DNA of 64,000 nt. Source: an uncultured Acidobacteriota bacterium (GTDB lineage: Bacteria > Acidobacteriota > Thermoanaerobaculia > Gp7-AA8). Below the pieces are notes generated by a model. That model was not told where the DNA came from. It worked only from the letters and a program-made list of their open reading frames with translations, and ran no database searches. Shown here piece after piece: positions 1 through 10,283 of this stretch. Location: assembly GCA_963822445.1 (NCBI GenBank), contig CAWGHO010000002.1, forward strand, positions 1,856,001 through 1,920,000, in the 5' to 3' direction. Both the position numbers and the translations under genes were made by a program. Every line of letters begins with the position of its first letter. Position 1 is the stretch's first letter.

Positions 1-61
1 CGTTGCGGTAGAGCGAGACCTCTGCCGCGGCAACGGAGTCCTGCACCGGTGGCTTGGGCAT
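1..61 (-). CDS. 5' end of a gene running off the window (MPKPPVQDSVAAAEVSLYRN...)
   Basis: ATG at 61 on minus strand, open frame to the edge, divergent from the kinase; too short to identify. Confidence 0.35.
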   Translation of the reverse strand, partial: MPKPPVQDSVAAAEVSLYRN

Positions 62-156
62 TCGTTCCGTATGTTGTTTCGACTTGACCGCCATCGCCCG
101 CAGTTTACTCAACCTCGGCAGCGCGAGAGTGCAAGTTACATACAATCTGCGAACCG

Positions 157-1434
157 ATGGCATGTCTGGAGTGCGGCTTCGAGCTCGTCGAAGAGGGCAG
201 TAGCTGTGCGGTCTGCGGTGCAGAGACGGCATCGGGCACCGTTCCGTTCGAGCACGCTCGCACGCTCAATCAGGATGATGCGACGCCTGCGCGGCGGCGG
301 CCTCGCGGCGGCGCTTTCGGCGCCGGCGAAGTGTTCGCGGGCCGCTACGAGATCCTCGCGCCGCTGGGCCGCGGCGGCATGGGCGCGGTTTATCGCGTGC
401 GCGACATGGAGGCGGAAGCGGAGAGGGCACTCAAAGTACTGCACGCGACGGCAGAGGATGACAACGCCGCGGTGCGCTTCCGCCGCGAGATCGAGATCCT
501 CTCGCGCATCAAGCATCCCGGCATCGTCGAGATCTACGACTTCGGCGTCGTCGATGACCGGATGTACTTCACCGCGGAGCTGATCGACGGCGACGATCTG
601 CGCGCCGTGCTTCGGAAGAAGGGCGTCTTCGCCGCCGATGAAGTCGCGCGGATCGGTGCGCGCGTGGCCGAGGCGCTCGGGGCGGCGCACAAGATCGGCA
701 TCGTGCATCGCGACGTGAAGCCGCACAACGTGATGATCCGCCGCGACGGCCGCCTCACCCTGCTCGACTTCGGCGTGGCGCGCGGGGCGGGCATCGACAT
801 GAACACCGTGACCGCGACGGGCGTCATCGTCGGAACGCCGGAGTACATGCCGCCCGAGCAGTTCCAGGGACATCGCGTCGACGCGCGAAGCGACGTGTAT
901 TCGCTCGGAATCGTGCTGTACGAGCTGCTCTGCGGCGCGGTGCCGTTCCGCGCGGACACGCCGGTCGCGCTGGGGATGCAGCACATGGGAACGATGCCCG
1001 CGCCGATCCGCTCGCAGCGTCAGAACGTGCCGGCCTGGCTCGAGCGGATCGTCTTCAAGTGCCTGGAGAAAGATCCGTCAGCGCGCTTCCTGGACGGCGC
1101 GGAAGTGGCGATGGAACTGGAGAAGCCGCGCACCGGCGAGCGCCGCACGCGCACGCTCGCGACCGGCGATCAGGTCATCGAGGACGACAGCGAAACGAAC
1201 CAGTGGGCGCTGACCCTGGTGACGAGCGACGAGCGAAAGGGCTGGACCGTGGACATGGCCCTGCAGTTCGACGGGCGCTTCTACCGGCTCGCGGACGTGC
1301 GCTCGATGGGGCAGAAGTGGTTCTACCGCTTCAGCTGGTGGCCGGACGAGCAGATTCTGCGGAAGGTCGTCGATTACGACCAGGATGCGGAGGAGCGCAA
1401 GAAGCAGGGGTTTTTCAAGAAGTGGCTGAAGTGA
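157..1434 (+). CDS. Hanks-type Ser/Thr protein kinase with N-terminal zinc ribbon, cytoplasmic
   Basis: GRGGMG, ALK, HRDVKPHN, DFG, GTPEYMPPE motifs; N-terminal CLEC...CAVC; no TM segment. Confidence 0.93.
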   Translation: MACLECGFELVEEGSSCAVCGAETASGTVPFEHARTLNQDDATPARRRPRGGAFGAGEVFAGRYEILAPLGRGGMGAVYRVRDMEAEAERALKVLHATAEDDNAAVRFRREIEILSRIKHPGIVEIYDFGVVDDRMYFTAELIDGDDLRAVLRKKGVFAADEVARIGARVAEALGAAHKIGIVHRDVKPHNVMIRRDGRLTLLDFGVARGAGIDMNTVTATGVIVGTPEYMPPEQFQGHRVDARSDVYSLGIVLYELLCGAVPFRADTPVALGMQHMGTMPAPIRSQRQNVPAWLERIVFKCLEKDPSARFLDGAEVAMELEKPRTGERRTRTLATGDQVIEDDSETNQWALTLVTSDERKGWTVDMALQFDGRFYRLADVRSMGQKWFYRFSWWPDEQILRKVVDYDQDAEERKKQGFFKKWLK

Positions 1435-2181
1435 TCAGCGCTTCCAATCATTCAACGCCCAATCGTAATCGTCGTACTCGATCGTCACTTCCTTCGACGG
1501 CGGGACGGTGACGTACCTGCGCACGAAGGCGACCTTGCCGCCGCCCTTCTCGAAGTCGTCTCCGAACCAATCCATGATCTTGGTGACGCGCATGGTGACC
1601 GTGTCGCCGCTGCCGCCGAAGCGAGCGCCGAACGGGCCGGTCAGGAACTTGCGGGCCTGATCGTCGAGCTGCGCATCGACCTTCGCGCCGGTGTAAGCCT
1701 CGGGACGGATCGGCGGGCAGCTCTTCGCCGCGCAGTTGATGGCGAAGTGGATGCGCGCGTCGTGGAAGGCCTCGCGGATCTTCTTGTGCTCGACGTCGTC
1801 GAGCGACAGGAGCTGCTTGCCGAACGGCACGCGCTCTTTCTTGAAGACATTGAGGCGGATGATCGGATCGGTGGAGATGTCGCGAATCGAGTCGACCGGA
1901 TACTTCTCCACGACAGTGGCCACGACGTTCACGTTGTAGACGTTGATCCAGTACGCGAGCTGCTGCTTCGGATTGAGCGCGGCCACGTTCACGCGGCCCA
2001 GCTTCTGCCGCAGCGCCTGCAGCGCCTTTGCGTCTTTCGCTTTCAGTCCGCCGTAGTTCATGCCGCGCGCGGGGTCGTAGTGCGCCGCGAGAATGCGGTT
2101 CCACTCCGAGTAATCCGGTTCCGTTTGCGCGAAGGCCAGCGTGGGCAGGAGCAGCAGGATCAGGGCGAGGGCTTTTCTCAT
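1435..2181 (-). CDS. DUF547 domain secreted protein
   Basis: Signal peptide MRKALALILLLLPTLAFA; AYWINVYN and RIHFAINCAAKSCPP motifs; start overlaps upstream stop. Confidence 0.85.
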   Translation of the reverse strand: MRKALALILLLLPTLAFAQTEPDYSEWNRILAAHYDPARGMNYGGLKAKDAKALQALRQKLGRVNVAALNPKQQLAYWINVYNVNVVATVVEKYPVDSIRDISTDPIIRLNVFKKERVPFGKQLLSLDDVEHKKIREAFHDARIHFAINCAAKSCPPIRPEAYTGAKVDAQLDDQARKFLTGPFGARFGGSGDTVTMRVTKIMDWFGDDFEKGGGKVAFVRRYVTVPPSKEVTIEYDDYDWALNDWKR

Positions 2182-3290
2182 AGACCTGACGCGCGCAACC
2201 ACCGGCCAATACGCTCGATTCCCGCGGTGATCTGGTCGACAGGCGCCGCGTAGGAGATGCGGATGAAGCCCTGTCCGCGAGTTCCGAACGCGAGACCGGG
2301 GATCACCAGCACGGCCGCGTCGGTGGCCAGCGTTTTCGCGAAGGAGATCGTGTCGCACGACGGCACTGCCGCAAACGCGTAGAACGCACCAGCCGGCGGC
2401 GCAACCTCGGCATGCAACTCGTGCTCGATCGCGTACAGCGCCGCCTCGCGCTGCGCCCGGAACTGCGAGCGCACTCCCTCGAGCCAGGCCGCGTTCCATT
2501 GCGGGTCGTCGAGGATCATCTCCGCGAGCGCCTGCGAGAAGACCGAGGCGCACGTTGCGATGTATTGGTGGGCGGTGATGATCGGCTTCATCAGCTCTGC
2601 CTTGCCGAGGACCCAGCCGAGGCGGAGGCCGGTCATGGCGTGGCTCTTCGAGAGGCCGTTGAGGACGATGACGTTGTCGCCTAAGGCCAGCATCGATGCG
2701 GGCGGCGCGTCGTACCAGATCTCGCAGTAGATCTCGTCGCTGACCACGAGCACGCCCAGCGCCGCGATCTGCTGCAGCGTTTCCGCGTCGACGACCGACC
2801 CGAGCGGATTGGAAGGCGAATTGACGATGATCAGCTTCGTCTTCGGGGTGATCCTCTTTGCCAGAGCGTCGACGTCGATGCGCCAGTCGGGCGGGTCGAG
2901 GTCGTAAGTGACCGGCGACGCACCGCAGATCTTCGCGAGGGTCGCGTAGGCGAGAAAGCCGGGATTCGGGACGAGCACTTCGTCGCCCGGATTCACGAAG
3001 GCGGTGAAGATCGCGAACAGCGCTTCCTGTGTTCCGGCGGTCACGCACACTTCGCTTTTCGGATCGAACGGCGTTTCTTCGCAGAGTTTTTTGCGAAGGG
3101 ACATCGCGCCGGCGTTGGCGGAGTAATGCCATGACGTCGTCGCGGCGCGGCGGGCCATCTCCCGCAGGCGTTCGTCGGGCTCGACGTTCGGTTCGCCGAT
3201 GCCGAGGTTCACCGAGTAGGGGGTGGCCAGGGCGTTGATCTGGCGGATCAGCGAGAGCTCGATGTCCCTGAGACGATCGGCGGGTTGCAT
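2178..3290 (-). CDS. PLP-dependent aminotransferase class I/II (possible DapC role)
   Basis: NSPSNPLG, SDEIY, GLSKSHAMTGLRLGW motifs; within dap operon. Confidence 0.9.
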   Translation of the reverse strand: MQPADRLRDIELSLIRQINALATPYSVNLGIGEPNVEPDERLREMARRAATTSWHYSANAGAMSLRKKLCEETPFDPKSEVCVTAGTQEALFAIFTAFVNPGDEVLVPNPGFLAYATLAKICGASPVTYDLDPPDWRIDVDALAKRITPKTKLIIVNSPSNPLGSVVDAETLQQIAALGVLVVSDEIYCEIWYDAPPASMLALGDNVIVLNGLSKSHAMTGLRLGWVLGKAELMKPIITAHQYIATCASVFSQALAEMILDDPQWNAAWLEGVRSQFRAQREAALYAIEHELHAEVAPPAGAFYAFAAVPSCDTISFAKTLATDAAVLVIPGLAFGTRGQGFIRISYAAPVDQITAGIERIGRWLRASGL

Positions 3291-3291
3291 G

Positions 3292-4050
3292 TCAGAAACG
3301 CTCGAAGTGATCGAAGCGACGGGTGTCGGCGGCAGTCTTGCGCAGCGCGACGGTGTGCGCGCGGGCGATGCGCGTGAAGAGGGTCTCGTGCGCCGGCGAG
3401 GGGTCGCGATCGGTGCGGGCGAGCGGCCGCAGGAGGTGCTTCAGCTGCCGCCGCGCGCGCAGAGACGGCGAGGATTGATCGGCGTATTCGAGCACGCGGT
3501 CGAGGGTATACGAGCGGTTCGCGAGAATGAAGCGCACCACCGCGTTGATGGCTGGATAGCCGACGTCGTCGAGCACGATCACGCCGCCGGTGTCGAGCAT
3601 CTGATCGATGTAGAAGAAGTCGATGAGCGCGTGATCGAAGGTGTGCGCGCCGTCGATGAATCCGACCTGCACCCGCTCGCCGCGCGCGAGCAGTTGCGGC
3701 AACGCGGTGTGCGACGGAAGCTCGATCAGTTCGAGAACGCCCGTGAGTCCCGCGCGCGCGACCTGCGCAACGCCGCCGCCGCGCCAGCCTGAAGTCTGCG
3801 ATGGGTCGACGGCGATGTGATGACCGCGTTCGCCGGAGACCTGGCGAACTGCATCAGCCAGACAGACAGTCGAGATGCCGTAAGCCATGCCCGCTTCGAT
3901 CGTGCGTGAGGCGCGCGTGTCGCGAACGATGTCGTACAGCAGCTCGCAGGAATCGCGGGGGATGAAGGAATGCCCGTCGATCACCGATCCGTCGGCAAGG
4001 GTGACGCGCCGCGTCGTCAGAATCTCCTCGACGACTGGATGGACGGCCAT
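3292..4050 (-). CDS. Class I SAM-dependent methyltransferase (Methyltransf_24-like)
   Basis: IEAGMAYGIS motif I, FIDGAHTF, GGVIVLDD. Confidence 0.85.
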   Translation of the reverse strand: MAVHPVVEEILTTRRVTLADGSVIDGHSFIPRDSCELLYDIVRDTRASRTIEAGMAYGISTVCLADAVRQVSGERGHHIAVDPSQTSGWRGGGVAQVARAGLTGVLELIELPSHTALPQLLARGERVQVGFIDGAHTFDHALIDFFYIDQMLDTGGVIVLDDVGYPAINAVVRFILANRSYTLDRVLEYADQSSPSLRARRQLKHLLRPLARTDRDPSPAHETLFTRIARAHTVALRKTAADTRRFDHFERF

Positions 4051-4052
4051 GC

Positions 4053-4874
4053 TTACCGCAGCGCGTCTTCCAGGGCGGTCGCGGCGTCGGTCTTGTCGTC
4101 GCGATACTTCACGATCACCGGCGAGGCGATGTGCAGGCCGTGCTCCTCGGCGAACGCGCCTTTCATCGGACGCGACCCGGGGATGACCACCGCGCCGAAC
4201 GGAATCTCCAGCGGCCGCTCCGCCGTGCGTCGATAGACCTGACCGCGAACGGTGTCGTAAACGGGCGTCGATCCCGTCAGTACGACGCCCGCGCCGATGA
4301 CCGCGCGGGGGCGGACGATGGTGCCTTCGTAAATACCGCAGTTGCCGCCGACGATCACGTCGTCTTCAATGACGACCGGCAGTTGCCCGACCGGCTCGAG
4401 CACGCCGCCGATCTGCGCCGCCGCGGAAAGATGCACGCGCTTTCCAATTTGCGCGCAAGAGCCGACCAGCGCGTGCGAGTCGATCATGGTGTCTTCATCG
4501 ACATACGCGCCGATGTTCACGAACGCGGGCGGCATCATGACCACGCCCTTGGCGATGAACGCGCCGCGGCGGATGGAGGAGCCGCCGGGGACGACGCGCA
4601 CACCGTCCTGAATTTTGAAGCGCCGCGCGGGGATGGTGTCTTTGTCGATGAAGGAGAGCGATCCCGACGCGAACTCGGCCAGGATCCCGAACCGGAACGC
4701 GGCCAGGATGCCTTCCTTGACCCACGTGGTCGGCGTCCAGATGCCGTCTTCGTCGCGCGTGGCCGCGCGCACGGTCCCTTTTTCGAGCTCCGCGAGGAAC
4801 AACCCGATCGTCTTCACCGCCTCGGTGCGATCGGCGTTCGCGAGGGATTTGACGCGGTCTTCGATGGTCAGCAT
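4053..4874 (-). CDS. dapD: Tetrahydrodipicolinate N-succinyltransferase
   Basis: [41 protein letters not shown] hexapeptide repeats. Confidence 0.95.
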   Translation of the reverse strand: MLTIEDRVKSLANADRTEAVKTIGLFLAELEKGTVRAATRDEDGIWTPTTWVKEGILAAFRFGILAEFASGSLSFIDKDTIPARRFKIQDGVRVVPGGSSIRRGAFIAKGVVMMPPAFVNIGAYVDEDTMIDSHALVGSCAQIGKRVHLSAAAQIGGVLEPVGQLPVVIEDDVIVGGNCGIYEGTIVRPRAVIGAGVVLTGSTPVYDTVRGQVYRRTAERPLEIPFGAVVIPGSRPMKGAFAEEHGLHIASPVIVKYRDDKTDAATALEDALR

Positions 4875-4884
4875 TGTTTTCAGG

Positions 4885-4945
4885 GGCTCAACGGCTCAAA
4901 GGCGCAAGGGCTCAAAGGGTCTTTGAGCCTCTGAGCCTTTGAGCC
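4885..4945. repeat. Hairpin of inverted tandem 8-mers (GGCTCAAA-like x4 / TTTGAGCC-like x3)
   Basis: Read directly in the dapA-dapD spacer. Confidence 0.85.
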
Positions 4946-5821
4946 TCAAATCAGTCCACATTCTTTCAGGATCGCTTCGAGCTTCGCCCGGTTGCCGGGC
5001 GTGATCGGCGCGAGCGGCGGCCGAACCGTATCACTCTCCAGAATCCCCATCATCTTCAGCGCGGCTTTCGCCGGGCTCGGATTCGACTCGATGAAGTTTC
5101 CGGTCAGCAGCGGCAGGAGGCGGTTCTGAATGGCAACGTCGCGGGTGTCGACCATCTGCCGCATCAGACGCGGCACTTCGTTGCTGGCCACGCTGATCAC
5201 GCCCTCGGAACCGCAGGCGAGGAGCGGCAGGGTCCAGGCGTCGTCGCCGCTCAGGACCAGGAAGCCTTTCGGACGATCGCGGAGGATCGTCAGGATCTGC
5301 TCCATGTTCGCCGAGGCTTCCTTCACGCCGATGACGTTCGGGATCTCGCGGGCCATGCGAAGAGTGGTGTCCGCGGTCATGTTCAGGCCCGTGCGGCCGG
5401 GGACGTTGTACATGATCATCGGGAAGCCGGCCTTCTTCTTCTCGACCGCTTCCGCCTGCGCGCCGAAATGCCGCCGCAAGCCGTCCGGCGTGGGCTTGTT
5501 GTAGTACGGCGTGATGGTGAGGATGCCGTCCGCGCCGAGGTCGATGGCCTGCTGCGCGAGCTCGACGGCGCGCGCGGTGTTGTTGTTGCCCGCGCCGGCG
5601 AGAACGGGCACACGGCCCTTCGCGGTTTTCACGGTGATCTCGACGACGCGTTGGTGTTCGGCGGCGGTCAGCGCTGGATTTTCCCCCGTCGTCCCGCAGG
5701 GAACGAGGAAGTTGATCCCCTCGGTGATCTGCCAGTCGACGAAGCGCTCCAGCGCGCCTTCATCGAGCGAGCCCGATTCAGTGAACGGTGTGACCAGTGC
5801 TGTGCCGACGCCTTTAAACAT
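4946..5821 (-). CDS. dapA: 4-hydroxy-tetrahydrodipicolinate synthase
   Basis: ALVTPF, GTTGE, TPYYNKP, YNVPGRTG, GVKEAS, LSGDD. Confidence 0.96.
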   Translation of the reverse strand: MFKGVGTALVTPFTESGSLDEGALERFVDWQITEGINFLVPCGTTGENPALTAAEHQRVVEITVKTAKGRVPVLAGAGNNNTARAVELAQQAIDLGADGILTITPYYNKPTPDGLRRHFGAQAEAVEKKKAGFPMIMYNVPGRTGLNMTADTTLRMAREIPNVIGVKEASANMEQILTILRDRPKGFLVLSGDDAWTLPLLACGSEGVISVASNEVPRLMRQMVDTRDVAIQNRLLPLLTGNFIESNPSPAKAALKMMGILESDTVRPPLAPITPGNRAKLEAILKECGLI

Positions 5822-6482
5822 CAAGCAGCTCCGCGAATGTAATCAGCCCTTTGCGGCCGCGGATGCGCTCTGCTGCGAAGACCGCGCCGCGTGCGAATCC
5901 CTCGCGGCCGCGGGCGCGGTGGGAGATCTCGACGAGGTCGTCGGCCGAGTCGAAGAAGAGCGTGTGCAGGCCAAATTCGGCGCCGACACGCGAAGCGGCG
6001 ATGGGCGGATCGAGCTTGCCGCCGCTTCCTTCGTTTACTTCGCCGGCGATCTTCAGCGCGGTGCCGCTCGGCGCGTCTCTTTTCTGCGAGTGATGGCGCT
6101 CTTCCATGCCCGCCGCGTATTGCGGAAAGCGCGCGAACAGCTCTCCGGCGCGGCGGGCGAGCGCAAACATCGCGTTCGCGCCGGGCGAGAAGTTCGAGGC
6201 GTATACGCAGCCGATGCCGGCCTTCTCCACGGTCGCGCGAACGTCGTCGACGCGGTCGTTCCAGCCGGTGGTGCCGATCACGTAATCGAGCTTGTTCTCG
6301 CAGGCGATGCCGAGGGCGTGGTCGAGGGCGGAGGCGTGGGAGAAGTCGATCAGCACTTCCGCGCCGGCGATGGGATCGGTTCGATCGACATCGAGGATGC
6401 ATACGACGTCGTGCCCGGCGTCTTTCGCGACGCGCTCGATGGTCTTGCCCATTTTTCCGTAGCCGTGAATGGCGATCTTCAT
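5814..6482 (-). CDS. dapB: 4-hydroxy-tetrahydrodipicolinate reductase
   Basis: GYGKMG, IDFS, GTTG, ASNFS, EERHHSQKRDAPSGTA; ATG at 6482 overlaps lysC stop. Confidence 0.94.
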   Translation of the reverse strand: MKIAIHGYGKMGKTIERVAKDAGHDVVCILDVDRTDPIAGAEVLIDFSHASALDHALGIACENKLDYVIGTTGWNDRVDDVRATVEKAGIGCVYASNFSPGANAMFALARRAGELFARFPQYAAGMEERHHSQKRDAPSGTALKIAGEVNEGSGGKLDPPIAASRVGAEFGLHTLFFDSADDLVEISHRARGREGFARGAVFAAERIRGRKGLITFAELLDV

Positions 6483-7846
6483 GCGGCCACCGTGACTTCG
6501 AACAGTGCGTGATGGATGGCTTTGACCGCGCGGTCGGCATTGGCGTCGTCGACGACGATGCTCAGGTTCAGGCCGGAGCGGCCGAGGGAGATCATCTTCA
6601 CGGGCATGCCGTGAAGTGATTCGAGCACGCGCGCGCCGACCCGCGAGTCGGCCATGAGGTTCTGCCCGACGACGGCGATGATGCACTGGTTGTCGATCAG
6701 CTCGACGTCCGCGAGCTGTTCCAGGCGCTGCTTCAATTCGTCGATGTCATGCTTCTCGTCGACGGTCACCGTCACCGAAACCTCCGACGTGGCGATGAGA
6801 TCGACGGAAATGCTCAGCTCTTTGAACACCGCGAAGAACTGGGCGAGGAAGCCGTGCGCGCCGAGCATCTTGTTCGAGGAAACGTGGACCATGGTCACGT
6901 TCTTCTTGCGCGCGATCGACCGCGGTCCTGCCGCTGATTCGGCGCCGGCGCGGGTGATCAGCGTGCCGGGCAGCGTGGGGTTGTGCGTGTTGAGCACGCG
7001 CACGGGGATGTTCTTTTCGACCGCGGGCTCGAGCGTGCGCGGATGCAGCTTCGCGCCGAATTGCGCGAGCTCCGCCGCTTCGTCGAAGGACAGCAGCTCG
7101 ATTACACGCGCTCCGGGAACGACGCGCGGATCGCAGGTGAGCAGTCCGTCGACGTCCGTCCAGATCTGCACTTCGTCCGCGCCGAGCGCTGCGCCGACGA
7201 TGGCCGCGGAGTAGTCGGAACCGTTGCGCCCGAGGGTGGTCGTGGCGCCGGCCATGGTCCGGCCGATGAAGCCGCCCATGACCGGGATGCGATGACGCTC
7301 GATGAGCGGCGTGAGCACGCGCTGCGCCTCGATGGTGGTCTTGTCCATCAGCGGCGATGCACCGCAGAACACGTCGTTCGTCCAGATGACCTCTTCCGAC
7401 TCGACATGCTCGCCCGGCAGCGCGCGCATCATCATCGTGTAGGCGAAGAGCACCGAGGAAAGCTTCTCGCCGATGGACATGACCTTGTCCCGCGCGCGCG
7501 GTGTGATCTCGCCGAGCAATGCGATCCCGCGGAGGATGGTCTGGATCTGATCGATCTGCTTGTCGAGCTTGCGGATGAACGCGTCGAGAAAGTCGGACTT
7601 CTGCTGGACAAGTCGCAAGGCCACGTCTTCGTGCCGCGCGCGGACGGAGTTGATGATCTCCGCGACTTTTTCAGGATTCTGTTCGCACGCCGCTTCGCTG
7701 GCCGCGACGAGATCGTTCGTCACGCCGGAAAGCGCGGAGACGACCACGATCGGATCGCGATCCTTCCGCTCGGCGACGATCTCGATCGCATTCGCCACGC
7801 GGTCGGCGTCCCCGACGGAGGTGCCTCCGAACTTGATGACGATCAC
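6479..7846 (-). CDS. lysC: Aspartate kinase with ACT domains
   Basis: KFGGTSV, TTLGRNGSDYSA, WTDVDG; GTG start. Confidence 0.95.
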   Translation of the reverse strand: MIVIKFGGTSVGDADRVANAIEIVAERKDRDPIVVVSALSGVTNDLVAASEAACEQNPEKVAEIINSVRARHEDVALRLVQQKSDFLDAFIRKLDKQIDQIQTILRGIALLGEITPRARDKVMSIGEKLSSVLFAYTMMMRALPGEHVESEEVIWTNDVFCGASPLMDKTTIEAQRVLTPLIERHRIPVMGGFIGRTMAGATTTLGRNGSDYSAAIVGAALGADEVQIWTDVDGLLTCDPRVVPGARVIELLSFDEAAELAQFGAKLHPRTLEPAVEKNIPVRVLNTHNPTLPGTLITRAGAESAAGPRSIARKKNVTMVHVSSNKMLGAHGFLAQFFAVFKELSISVDLIATSEVSVTVTVDEKHDIDELKQRLEQLADVELIDNQCIIAVVGQNLMADSRVGARVLESLHGMPVKMISLGRSGLNLSIVVDDANADRAVKAIHHALFEVTVAA

Positions 7847-7868
7847 GGGCGTCGGCCTCCGGCCGCTG

Positions 7869-8000
<132 letters not shown>

Positions 8001-9101
8001 TCAAAGGAGTTCCTTCGCCTTCAGCAACTCCGCGTTCAGGATCGCCGCTCCGGCCGCGCCGCGAACGGTGTTGTGCACCAGCGCGACCATGCGGATGTCG
8101 AGGACGGGGCAGGGGCGGAGGCGGCCGACGGAGACGGCCATGCCGCGTTCGCGATCGCGGTCGAGGCGCGGCTGCGGGCGGTCGGGCGCGTCGATGTAGT
8201 GCAGGGGCTTGCGCGGCGCGAAGGGGAGGCCGAGGCGCTGGGGCTCGCCTTCGAAGGACTCGATGGCCGCGCGGACGTCTTCGATCGACGCGCGGTCGCG
8301 CAGTTTCGCGGAGATGGCCATCAGGTGTCCGTCGATCACCGGCGTGCGATTGACCTGCGCGGAAATGATCATCGGCGCGTCTTCGAACTTGTTGCTGGTC
8401 CACTTGCCGAGGATCTTGCGCGGCTCTTTCTCGATCTTGTCCTCCTCGCCGCCGCCGATGAAGGGGATGACGTTGTCGAGGATCGCGTACGAGGCCACGC
8501 CGGCGTACCCCGCGCCGCTGATGGCTTGCATCGTCGTGACCTGCACTTTTTCGAGGCCGAATGCGCGCTCGAGCGGGGCCAGGGCCATGGCCAGGCCGAT
8601 CACGGAGCAGTTGGGATTGGTGACGATGTAGCCGCGCGAGCCGCGCCGTTTCTTCTGCGCCTCGATCGCGTCCATGTGCTCCGCGTTGATCTCGGGGATC
8701 ATCAGCGGCACGTCATCGTCCATGCGGTGATTGCGCGAGTTGGAGATGACCGCGCAGCCGAGATTCGCGTAGTCGTCTTCCGCTTCGCCGGCGACGGAAG
8801 AGTCGAGGCCGGAGAAAACGACTGTCGATTCGAGCTTCGAGCCGAGCGATTTCACTTCGAGCGCCGAGGCGTCGCTGGGCATGAGCGTTTCGAGACGCCA
8901 GTCCGCCGCGTCGCCGTAGAGCTTTCCCGCGCTCCGTTCCGAGGCGACGACTTCGTGGAGGCGGAACCAGGGGTGGTTTTCGAGGAGCTGGATGAAGCGC
9001 TGGCCGACGGAGCCGGTCGCGCCGAGGACGGCGACGGGGATGCGGTCGGTGGCCGCGGGGGCGGTTTCCCGTTCGAGCGGAAGGGTTTCGGTGACACTCA
9101 T
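8001..9101 (-). CDS. asd: Aspartate-semialdehyde dehydrogenase (archaeal/fungal-like type)
   Basis: [37 protein letters not shown]. Confidence 0.95.
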   Translation of the reverse strand: MSVTETLPLERETAPAATDRIPVAVLGATGSVGQRFIQLLENHPWFRLHEVVASERSAGKLYGDAADWRLETLMPSDASALEVKSLGSKLESTVVFSGLDSSVAGEAEDDYANLGCAVISNSRNHRMDDDVPLMIPEINAEHMDAIEAQKKRRGSRGYIVTNPNCSVIGLAMALAPLERAFGLEKVQVTTMQAISGAGYAGVASYAILDNVIPFIGGGEEDKIEKEPRKILGKWTSNKFEDAPMIISAQVNRTPVIDGHLMAISAKLRDRASIEDVRAAIESFEGEPQRLGLPFAPRKPLHYIDAPDRPQPRLDRDRERGMAVSVGRLRPCPVLDIRMVALVHNTVRGAAGAAILNAELLKAKELL

Positions 9102-9147
9102 GGCTGGGCTCCCTTGCAAAAGTGATTCTATGGGAGCCCGCCGGGCA

Positions 9148-10233
9148 TCAAGGCGAGATCGTGACGAAGCGGCCGACGAGTGAGACCGAGCTCGACGTGT
9201 GCTCGCGGAGATAGGTCACGAGATAGCGATCGCCGATGCGATACACGCGCGGCAGGGAGTCGCGCTCGACCCCGGTGCTGATCGGAAACGGCGCGCCGAA
9301 TTCGCCGTTCTCGATGATCGATCCGTAGATGTCGCCACCCTTCTGCTCGAACACAACCAGCGGTCCGGCGGCGGACGGCGAAACCGCGGCGACCGGATAC
9401 GTCAGCCGGAACGGCTTTCCGGCCACGGCGTCTTCGACTTCCATTGCGCTCAGACCATTCGAGCTCGCCCAGATGATGAGCAAGTCGTTGTCGTCGGCAA
9501 TGACGGCCGGCGCAGGGCCTGAATAGTTCGTTTCGCCGTGCTGTCCCGAGCGGATCCACTGCTCCGTGATCACGGTCCAGTTCAGCCGGTAGAAGGGATC
9601 GGAGCTGCTGCAGCGGAAGAAGCAGACGGGTGGCTCGTCGGCGCGATTGGTCCAGGTCACCCAGCCATGCGCGTCGCCCGTCGCGAACGGCACGCGGCGG
9701 GCCGCGTTGTTGCGGTCGATCTGCGTCGAACCGTCGGGCGCGATGATGTAGCTGGCGTTGTTGTACAGACGGTACACGGCTCCGTCGAACACGAGCGACG
9801 GCGGGCCGTTCGTTGCCGCTCCGAAGAGGCGAATCTCGCTCGACGGCGCTCCCGTCGCGTCGAGGAAAACACCGGCAGCGCGCCGCGCGACGTAGGTGTA
9901 CTGCTGTCTCTCCAGCCAGACCAGCAGGAAGTTCGTGCCGTCGGTGGCAACGACCGGCGTGGTGGCGTGCACGTTGTCGATGCGCGCGGGGATCGTGCGG
10001 ATCTCGCCGACCAGTTGGGCGTTGAAGTCGAGCAGGCCGACGCGGATCGCCGAAAGCCGCGTTTCCGGATCGACCTCGCTCCACGCCAGGAGCAGGCCGT
10101 GATTCGCGACGGTGATGCTGAACGATGGATCGCGCGGCCCGCCTTCGATGGGCCCGTAGGTGAGCTCGTTCTCATCGACGACTTGCGCGCCGAGAGGGAC
10201 GGTCAGCAGCAGAAGAAGAGCGAAGACCCGCAT
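9148..10233 (-). CDS. Hypothetical secreted beta-rich protein
   Basis: Signal peptide [16 protein letters not shown]; repeated P-x-V-A-x-DG-x-x-FLLVW-like segments. Confidence 0.7.
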   Translation of the reverse strand: MRVFALLLLLTVPLGAQVVDENELTYGPIEGGPRDPSFSITVANHGLLLAWSEVDPETRLSAIRVGLLDFNAQLVGEIRTIPARIDNVHATTPVVATDGTNFLLVWLERQQYTYVARRAAGVFLDATGAPSSEIRLFGAATNGPPSLVFDGAVYRLYNNASYIIAPDGSTQIDRNNAARRVPFATGDAHGWVTWTNRADEPPVCFFRCSSSDPFYRLNWTVITEQWIRSGQHGETNYSGPAPAVIADDNDLLIIWASSNGLSAMEVEDAVAGKPFRLTYPVAAVSPSAAGPLVVFEQKGGDIYGSIIENGEFGAPFPISTGVERDSLPRVYRIGDRYLVTYLREHTSSSVSLVGRFVTISP

Positions 10234-10283
10234 ATCTCTGGTACGGACGCCGCGAGGGAACGTCCAGCCGTATCATCGCGGCG

